From Paracoccaceae bacterium (GTDB taxonomy: Bacteria > Pseudomonadota > Alphaproteobacteria > Rhodobacterales > Rhodobacteraceae): a DNA stretch of 64,000 nucleotides. Shown piece after piece: positions 57,520 through 64,000 of the stretch. Numbering within the stretch: position 1 is the first letter of the stretch; each line of letters begins with the position of its first letter. The translations under genes were made by a program, and so were the position numbers. The DNA lies in contig CANGHD010000002.1 in assembly GCA_947453525.1 (NCBI GenBank), forward strand, positions 1,447-65,446. Reading direction: 5' to 3'. The notes under the pieces were generated by a model that was not told the origin of the DNA, did not search any database, and worked only from the letters and a program-made list of their open reading frames with translations.

Positions 57520-60500
57520 ATGAAGTTTCTCAAGGCCTTCGGCCGTTTCCTGATCTCGATCTGGTTCATCCTGCCCCTGGTGACGCTGATCCTTTCGATC
57601 TGCGTGTGGTACTTCTCACCCTATATCGGCACCGATGCCTTCCGTCCCTTCGACGAGCCCTTCGGCCGCTGGATGTTCATTCTGGTGTTGTGGGTGATCT
57701 GTCTTGTGACGCTGCTGATCGTCTGGATCGTCCGGCGGCACGATGCCAAGGTGATGGAAGACGACATCGTCAAAGGCGTGGATGAGAAGACCCCGGAAAA
57801 CGAAGTTGTCTCCCAAGAGATGACCGAGTTGCGCGACAAGATGCGCCGGGCGATTGCCAAGCTGAAAAAGTCAAAGGGCGGTCGGCGCAGCCTTTATGAA
57901 CTGCCATGGTACGTGATGATCGGCCCGCCCGGCGCGGGCAAGACCACGGCCATCGTCAATTCCGGCCTGCAATTCCCCTTGGCGGACGAGTTTGGCAAAG
58001 AGGCCATCGGCGGCGTGGGCGGCACGCGCAACTGCGACTGGTGGTTTACGGACAATGCCGTGCTGATCGACACGGCAGGCCGCTATACCACCCAGGAATC
58101 GGATGCAGAAGCTGACAATGCCGCTTGGCTGGGCTTCCTCAACCTCTTGAAAAAGCATCGCATCCGCCAACCGATCAACGGGGCGATGATTGCGATTTCA
58201 CTCTCTGATCTGTCGATGCAGGACGAGACGACTCAGAAAGGCCATGCCCGCGCCGTCAAGCGCCGTCTGGCGGAATTGCGCGAAAAGCTGGGCGTGCGCT
58301 TTCCGGTCTATGTCCTGTTCACCAAGGCCGACATGATCGCCGGCTTTTCTGAATATTTCGACAACCTCGGCAAGGAAGAGCGCGAGCAGGTCTGGGGTTT
58401 CACGCTGCCCCTGCCCAAGGGCAAGTCGGAAGCCTCGCCCATTGCGGGCTTTGATGGCGAGTTTTCCGCGCTGATCACGCAGTTGAACGCGCAACTGCTG
58501 GATCGGATGCAATCGGAAACCGACCACCAGCGCCGCAGCCTGATTGCGGGGTTTCCGGCTCAGGTGGCATCCGTGCGCGGGGTGGCGCAGGCCTTTCTGA
58601 CCGAGGTGTTTCAGGAAAACCGCTATGACGACCGTCAGATGCTGCGCGGCATCTACTTCACCTCGGGCACACAGGAAGGCACGCCGATTGACCGTCTGAT
58701 GATGGGCATGGCACGCACCTTCGGCATTGGCCGTCAGGCGCTTGGCACCGGGCGCGGCACCGGGCGCAGCTTCTTTCTGACCCGTCTCTTCAACGAGGTT
58801 CTGTTCCCCGAGGCCGGTCTGGTCTCGGCCGATGACAAGGTTGAACGCCGCTACCGCTGGATGAAGCGCGGGGCGATTGCGCTGACGGCGGTGATCGCGC
58901 TGACGATGGGGACGCTGTGGGGACGCAGCTATCTGGGCAACCTTGACCTGATGGCCGGTGTGGAAAAGTCGATCACCGATTATCAGGCGGCGGCAGCGCA
59001 GGTTCCCGGCAATCCGATCGCCGACACCGATGCCTCGATCGCCGTACCGGCGCTGAACATCCTGCGGACCGTGCCAGTCAACCCGATTCCTCCCAGCATC
59101 GATCCTGCCGCGGCCAGTCCCTTCTCGCCGGAATATCGTCTGACATGGGGGCTTTACACCGGGTCAAGCCTCGCCAACCAGACGGGGATGAGCTATCGGG
59201 CGGCGCTGAACACCATCTTCCTGCCGCGCCTTCTGCTGCGGCTGGAACAGTCGATGCAAAGCAACATCAACAACCCCGAGCTGTTGTACGACACGCTGAA
59301 AGTCTATCTCATGCTGGGTCTTCAGGGACCGATGAACGCCGACGAGGTGCGCACCTTTGAAGCGGCGGAGTGGCAGCTGACCTATACCGGCGATGAGAAC
59401 AAGGCTCTGCGCGATGACCTGATGTTCCACCTCAACGCGCTGATCAGCCAGCCCATGCAAGAGGTCTCGCTGAACGGTCCCTTGGTCGCGCAGGTGCAGG
59501 ACGTTCTGGCGCAACTGCCCATCGCGCAACGGGTCTACAACGGCATCATCCACTCTGCCGAGGCAGAGGCCATTCCGGCCTTCCGTCTGTCGGAAATCGG
59601 CGGTCCGAACCTGCCCAAGGCCTTCGTGCGCACCTCTGGCAAGAAGATGTCGGATGGGATCGAGGGGATTTACACCTATGACGGCTTCAACAAGGTCTTC
59701 AAGGAACAAGCCCTTGGCGTGGCGGAGAATATTCAGAAAGACAGTTGGGTTCTGGGGCCGAAGGTCAAGACCGACCAATCGCCCGCAGCCCTCGTGGCCA
59801 TCACCCGCGACGTCTTGGACCTGTATTACAACGACTATATTGCACGCTACGAGGAGCTTCTGGGTGACATCGACGTGGTGCCGTTGTCCAGCCTGAAACA
59901 GGCGGTCGAGGTGACCAATATCCTGTCGGGGGCCACGTCTCCGATCGTCAACATTCTGAATGCGGTCGACAAGGAGACCCAGTTGACCGTCTCCAAACTG
60001 CCGATCGATACCGGTGTGGCGATTGATCAGGCATCCGGCACCGTGGGTAAGAGCGTGGTCGAGGATGCCTTCTCGGTCCGGACCCGGATGCTGCTGGCCG
60101 CCTTGCAAAGTGCGGCCAAGGCGGCGGGTCAGCCGCCGCCCAAGCCACCCGGCGCATTTGTCGAAGAGCGGTTCGCGTGGTTGCACACCTTGGTCTTCCG
60201 GCCGGAGGGCGCGACCTCGCCGCTGGATGACATCATTGCGGCCTTGCAGCTGGTGCATGATGACATGAACAAGATTTCGATCAACGGTGCCTCGGGCAAC
60301 CCCAACGCCGGAGCGGAGTCGCTGTCGGCCCTGCAGCAGGCCGCCTCGCAGATTCCAGGACCGCTGGCGCGTTGGGCCAGCCAGATCACCACCGGCGGTG
60401 CGGGGATCACTGCGGTGGGGACCCGCGCCTCCCTGAACCAGACATGGACCGCCGATGTGCTGCCCTTCTGCCAGCAGGCCACGGCGAAAGCCTATCCCTT

Positions 60501-61128
60501 CTCCAAGGGCGCGGCGGCGGACATGGGCATGGCCGATTTCACCAAACTCTTCGGCCCCGGCGGTCTGATCGACAGCTTCATGTCCACCAACCTCAAGGAC
60601 ATGATCGACACCTCGAAAAAGCCATGGGTCTGGAAACAGGTCAACGGTGCCGATCTTGGCATCTCGCCCGCCGTGCTGGCGCAGTTGCAAGCCGCCAGCG
60701 ACATCAAGGAGGCTTTTTTTGCCACTGGACCTACCGCCGCCGTCACCTTCCAGATCACGCCCTCCGCGCTGGGGGAGGGGGTCAAGCAGGCCACGCTGAC
60801 GATTGACGGCAAGGACATCGTCTTCAAGAACACCGATGGTCAGCCTTTGCCGACGCCGATCACCTGGCCCGGTTCCGTCGGGGTTGCCCAGATCCTGCTG
60901 GACCCGCCGCTCTCGGGTGCGGAAAGTTCGATGCGCAAGGAAGGGCCGTGGAGCTGGTTCCGGCTGCTCGATGCGGCCGCGTTGCGGTCGGCCGGTTCGC
61001 CCGACAAGTTCACGATCAGCTTCAACATCGGCGGCAGGCTCGCGCAATTCCGGATGCAGACCAGTTCCGTGATCAACGCCTTCACGCTGCCGGCGATGAA
61101 GACCTTCTCTTGCCCCCCGTCGTTCTGA
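57520..61128 (+). CDS. tssM: T6SS membrane subunit TssM (IcmF)
   Basis: LYELPWY, GPPGAGKT Walker A, CDWWFTD, IDTAGRY, RGIYFTSGTQEG, GPWSWFRL. Confidence 0.96.
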   Translation: MKFLKAFGRFLISIWFILPLVTLILSICVWYFSPYIGTDAFRPFDEPFGRWMFILVLWVICLVTLLIVWIVRRHDAKVMEDDIVKGVDEKTPENEVVSQEMTELRDKMRRAIAKLKKSKGGRRSLYELPWYVMIGPPGAGKTTAIVNSGLQFPLADEFGKEAIGGVGGTRNCDWWFTDNAVLIDTAGRYTTQESDAEADNAAWLGFLNLLKKHRIRQPINGAMIAISLSDLSMQDETTQKGHARAVKRRLAELREKLGVRFPVYVLFTKADMIAGFSEYFDNLGKEEREQVWGFTLPLPKGKSEASPIAGFDGEFSALITQLNAQLLDRMQSETDHQRRSLIAGFPAQVASVRGVAQAFLTEVFQENRYDDRQMLRGIYFTSGTQEGTPIDRLMMGMARTFGIGRQALGTGRGTGRSFFLTRLFNEVLFPEAGLVSADDKVERRYRWMKRGAIALTAVIALTMGTLWGRSYLGNLDLMAGVEKSITDYQAAAAQVPGNPIADTDASIAVPALNILRTVPVNPIPPSIDPAAASPFSPEYRLTWGLYTGSSLANQTGMSYRAALNTIFLPRLLLRLEQSMQSNINNPELLYDTLKVYLMLGLQGPMNADEVRTFEAAEWQLTYTGDENKALRDDLMFHLNALISQPMQEVSLNGPLVAQVQDVLAQLPIAQRVYNGIIHSAEAEAIPAFRLSEIGGPNLPKAFVRTSGKKMSDGIEGIYTYDGFNKVFKEQALGVAENIQKDSWVLGPKVKTDQSPAALVAITRDVLDLYYNDYIARYEELLGDIDVVPLSSLKQAVEVTNILSGATSPIVNILNAVDKETQLTVSKLPIDTGVAIDQASGTVGKSVVEDAFSVRTRMLLAALQSAAKAAGQPPPKPPGAFVEERFAWLHTLVFRPEGATSPLDDIIAALQLVHDDMNKISINGASGNPNAGAESLSALQQAASQIPGPLARWASQITTGGAGITAVGTRASLNQTWTADVLPFCQQATAKAYPFSKGAAADMGMADFTKLFGPGGLIDSFMSTNLKDMIDTSKKPWVWKQVNGADLGISPAVLAQLQAASDIKEAFFATGPTAAVTFQITPSALGEGVKQATLTIDGKDIVFKNTDGQPLPTPITWPGSVGVAQILLDPPLSGAESSMRKEGPWSWFRLLDAAALRSAGSPDKFTISFNIGGRLAQFRMQTSSVINAFTLPAMKTFSCPPSF

Positions 61129-61802
61129 TGGGGACCTTTGGTGCCTTCGGCAAGATGCCGGCCCTTGGTGACTTCTTCCGCCTCGGGCTGGGGACCGAGG
61201 TGGTGACACCTTGGGACGCCTGGTTGCAACAGATGCTGCTGGCCGCCCGCGCCACGTTGGGCGCGCGGTTCGAGGCCTCCTACATGTCCGCCCCGGTCTG
61301 GCGCTTTGCGCTGGCGCCTTCGGTCGCCGGGGGGCAGGGCGTGTTGGGCGTGCTGATGCCATCGGTCGATCGAGTCGGGCGACAGTTTCCGCTGACTTTG
61401 GCGGTGCAGACCGGGTCGCAGGAACAGGCACCCTTGCGCAACCTGATCTGGCAGGCCGATGTGCTGGAGGCGCTGGAGGGGCTGGCGCTGGATTGTCTGG
61501 ATGACAGCATGACGCGCGATGCCCTGCAGGCGCGGCTGGCGGATCTGGCCCTGCGTCCGATGGGCGGGCCCAGCAGCATCGGCACTTTCGGCTCGGCGCT
61601 GGTGCTGTCCAACACTGCGCCGGAAACCTTCTGCGCCGATCTTGCGCTGGATCTGGCCGGGGGCGAGATGCACCGCGCCTGTGCCTGGGCCGCCGATGTC
61701 GAGGGGGCGGCGCGGCTGATCCTGTCCTCGGGGCTGCCGCAGGCGGATGTGGCACATTTTCTGTTTGACATGAACGACCTCTCCCAATCCGGAGCCGGAT
61801 GA
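61128..61802 (+). CDS. tagF: T6SS repressor TagF
   Basis: GAFGKMPALGDF, WDAWL, PVWRF, MPSVDRVGRQFPL. Confidence 0.94.
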   Translation: MGTFGAFGKMPALGDFFRLGLGTEVVTPWDAWLQQMLLAARATLGARFEASYMSAPVWRFALAPSVAGGQGVLGVLMPSVDRVGRQFPLTLAVQTGSQEQAPLRNLIWQADVLEALEGLALDCLDDSMTRDALQARLADLALRPMGGPSSIGTFGSALVLSNTAPETFCADLALDLAGGEMHRACAWAADVEGAARLILSSGLPQADVAHFLFDMNDLSQSGAG

Positions 61803-62515
61803 TGACTGCAGGAACGATCCGTTTCAATGCCCGCACCCATGTGGGACGTGTTCGGAAACATAACGAGGATTCGATCCTTGTGCTGCCGGATCAGAACATC
61901 TGGATCGTCTCGGACGGGATGGGCGGGCATGAGGGCGGCGACTATGCCAGTCGGGTCGTGGTGGACGCGGTGGCGACCTTGCCCACGATGCCCGCCACCG
62001 AGAAGCTGGGGGCGATCCGCCGGGCGCTGCAACAGGCCCATGCCACGATCACCGCCGAAGCCGAGCGGCGTCATGCCGTGATGGGTGCCACGGTGGTGGC
62101 GCTGGTGCTGGCGGACGGCCATTTCGGAGCACTTTGGGCCGGAGACAGCCGGCTCTACCGGCTGCGGGAGGGCAAGATCGACCTTCTGACCACCGATCAT
62201 TCGCTGGTTGCGGCCTTCGTCGCCTCGGGGCAGATGACATGGGATGAGGCCGGTCATCACCCGCAATCCAACGCCATCACCCGCGCGGTCGGCGTGGGCG
62301 AGGAGCTAGAGCTTGACAAGGTGCGCGGTGATGCCCTGCCGGGCGACCGGTTCCTGCTCTGCTCGGACGGCTTGAACAAATACCTGAGCATCGCCGAGTT
62401 GGGCGCCGCCCTGCACGGCGTACCGCTGGAGGTGGTGACCGACAATCTGGTGCAGATGGCGCTGGACCGCGGCGGGGCAGACAATGTCTCGGTCATCGTG
62501 GTGGACGTGGTGTAA
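61799..62515 (+). CDS. pppA: PP2C-family Ser/Thr phosphatase (PppA-like)
   Basis: THVGRVRKHNEDS, SDGMGGH, GDSRLY, LLCSDGL, GGADNVS. Confidence 0.92.
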   Translation: MMTAGTIRFNARTHVGRVRKHNEDSILVLPDQNIWIVSDGMGGHEGGDYASRVVVDAVATLPTMPATEKLGAIRRALQQAHATITAEAERRHAVMGATVVALVLADGHFGALWAGDSRLYRLREGKIDLLTTDHSLVAAFVASGQMTWDEAGHHPQSNAITRAVGVGEELELDKVRGDALPGDRFLLCSDGLNKYLSIAELGAALHGVPLEVVTDNLVQMALDRGGADNVSVIVVDVV

Positions 62516-62554
62516 GCTCAAATTTCTTCGGCGGAAGATTTTCGGCAGGGCCCG

Positions 62555-64000
62555 CTACTTCGCGATGCTGGTCAGGATGCGACTGTCGAGTGACAGGATA
62601 TTGAGGGTTCCCGCATCAACCTCGGCCTTCAAGGCCGTTGCAAAGCCGCCCACGGATTCGGTCGTGGGGCGCAGTTCGGCAAACAGCGGTTTTTCCGAAT
62701 GGATCACCACGACCTTGGATTTGCCCAGACTGGTGGCATCCACCGTGAAGGCGATATGGGCGGCGTCCTTGTTGTCTGACAGCGGATAGGCGATGCGCAC
62801 CTTGACCGAGCCGCTGGCCCCTTTGCGCAAGGCGGCCACGGCGTCTTCCTTGCGGTTCAGGTTGGGCAGCAGGTGATAGACATTGCCCGACACATCGATG
62901 ATGGCGACCGAGACATAGCCATCGGTCACCTCGGCCGGGATCACCAAATCGATCACCGGATTTTCGCCGACGAAATAACGCCCCGATGGGTTGTCATCCG
63001 CGCTGTCGCCATAGCCGAAGGCGAAGGAGAAGGTCCCTTGCCGTGCGGCGGGAAGGGTGGTCTCGATCTGGCAGAGGGCGGGGTTCAAAAGCTCGATCTT
63101 GAGGTCCACCTTCAGATCGGGGGCCAAAGCCTTCAGCGCGTCAAACAGCGCCACCTGCTGTTCCGGTTTGGCCAGACGCCCCGAGACGGTGATGGTCTGC
63201 CCCTTGCCGTAGCCCACCGAAGGTGGGTCGACCAGCGTCAGGGGACCGCAATCCGCCTCTGCCGTCAGGATCGGGGTCAGCGCGTCGGCGGTCAGGAACT
63301 GCGGGGCCTGCAGTGCGACGTCGATCTTGGCCGAGCCTTTCAGCGTGCCCGGCAAGGTGCCGATCGCCGTCATCACAGCGGCTTGCACGCTGGGGTCCTT
63401 GGTGGCCCCGGTCACCGCCGCCTCGTTTCCGGTAACCGCCAGCCGCCAGGTCTCCACCTTGTCCAGCGCCTTGACGACCGACAGGACATCTGGCCCCCAG
63501 GTCTCGCCAATAGCGCCCTTGGCCAAGGTCAGGTCGGTCGTGCCGCCGATCGCGGCCATGGCCTGGGTCAGCGCCGCCGAGACCGCCTCGGAGGGCACAT
63601 CGCCCACCGCACGCGGCGCGCCGGTTTCGGGACGTTCAATGATCAGCGCATAGGGGTCTGCAACGGGAAGGTCGCCGGGAGGCAGATTTGCCGCCGTCTT
63701 GACCGGATCGGTCTGGGTGGAGGCGGTCTTGGTCGACGCGGTCTGGCTTGCGGTCGTACCGGAGGTCGATGACGGAGCGGGGCCCTTGCCTCCGCCCAAC
63801 AGGCCCGAGAAATAGGCTCCGGCTCCAACGCCCAAAGCCAGCAGCACCACAAGTGCCACGACCAGTCCGGTGGAGGATGTCTTGGCCGGTGCCGGAGGTA
63901 TCGACGCCGCAGCGGGGTTCGCCTTGGGGGGCGCAGCCGGCTTGGCCGTCGTGACATAGGGGTTGGCCGGGGCACGCGGTGCCGCCACCGTGGCGGAGGG
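62555..64000 (-). CDS. 3' part of a membrane protein with DUF4384-like C-terminus, probably the T6SS Ser/Thr kinase (N-terminus outside window)
   Basis: Open frame to the window edge: Pro/Ala linker, single TM (GLVVALVVLLALGVGAGAYF), periplasmic part ending GYVSVAIIDVSGNVYHLLPN. Kinase identity is inferred only from adjacency to tagH/tagF/pppA. Confidence 0.6.
   Translation of the reverse strand, partial: PSATVAAPRAPANPYVTTAKPAAPPKANPAAASIPPAPAKTSSTGLVVALVVLLALGVGAGAYFSGLLGGGKGPAPSSTSGTTASQTASTKTASTQTDPVKTAANLPPGDLPVADPYALIIERPETGAPRAVGDVPSEAVSAALTQAMAAIGGTTDLTLAKGAIGETWGPDVLSVVKALDKVETWRLAVTGNEAAVTGATKDPSVQAAVMTAIGTLPGTLKGSAKIDVALQAPQFLTADALTPILTAEADCGPLTLVDPPSVGYGKGQTITVSGRLAKPEQQVALFDALKALAPDLKVDLKIELLNPALCQIETTLPAARQGTFSFAFGYGDSADDNPSGRYFVGENPVIDLVIPAEVTDGYVSVAIIDVSGNVYHLLPNLNRKEDAVAALRKGASGSVKVRIAYPLSDNKDAAHIAFTVDATSLGKSKVVVIHSEKPLFAELRPTTESVGGFATALKAEVDAGTLNILSLDSRILTSIAK

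Noticed and set aside
45306-61836. Long minus-strand ORFs over the T6SS (1026, 733, 675, 965, 890 aa) as hidden effectors
   Set aside because: All lie antisense to conserved T6SS genes and show no domain motifs.
1-64000. tRNA, rRNA, intact IS, integrase or prophage
   Set aside because: None recognised; phage-like genes are all T6SS structural components.

Overview
High-GC alphaproteobacterial DNA, most consistent with a phototrophic Rhodobacteraceae member. From left to right: (1) A sugar ABC transporter/catabolic locus. Its permease (1-445) is separated from its Tat-exported binding protein (5555-7186) by about 5 kb of opposite-strand genes: an LH2 antenna operon (pucB, a C-terminally extended pucA, pucC, an unknown 193-aa gene, tandem PpsR/CrtJ boxes) and an HxlR regulator/methyltransferase pair. 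(2) A 2573-aa RTX-like Ca-binding repeat protein. (3) An Rrf2 regulator, two flavin oxidoreductases, and LysR/gcdH. (4) A coupled operon of a pentameric ligand-gated ion channel homolog, a ROK kinase and an inositol monophosphatase. (5) An envelope module with two signal-peptide-bearing caspase-like proteases (one with SEL1 repeats, one with a CxxCH heme-c motif), a YceI-OmpA fusion, and ExbB/ExbD/ExbD plus a TonB-like protein ending in a DUF4384-like domain. (6) Divergent from that module, a near-complete T6SS (tssA,B,C,hcp,tagJ,E,F,G,clpV, an extra TssB/C-like gene, vgrG, PAAR, tagH,K,L,M, tagF, pppA) with no tssJ and no visible effector/immunity genes, ending in a truncated membrane protein (probable kinase) with a second DUF4384-like domain. 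The best candidate for an undescribed system is this T6SS-linked module of caspases, an Exb-type motor and DUF4384-like proteins. All family assignments come from motif recognition by eye; no searches were run.
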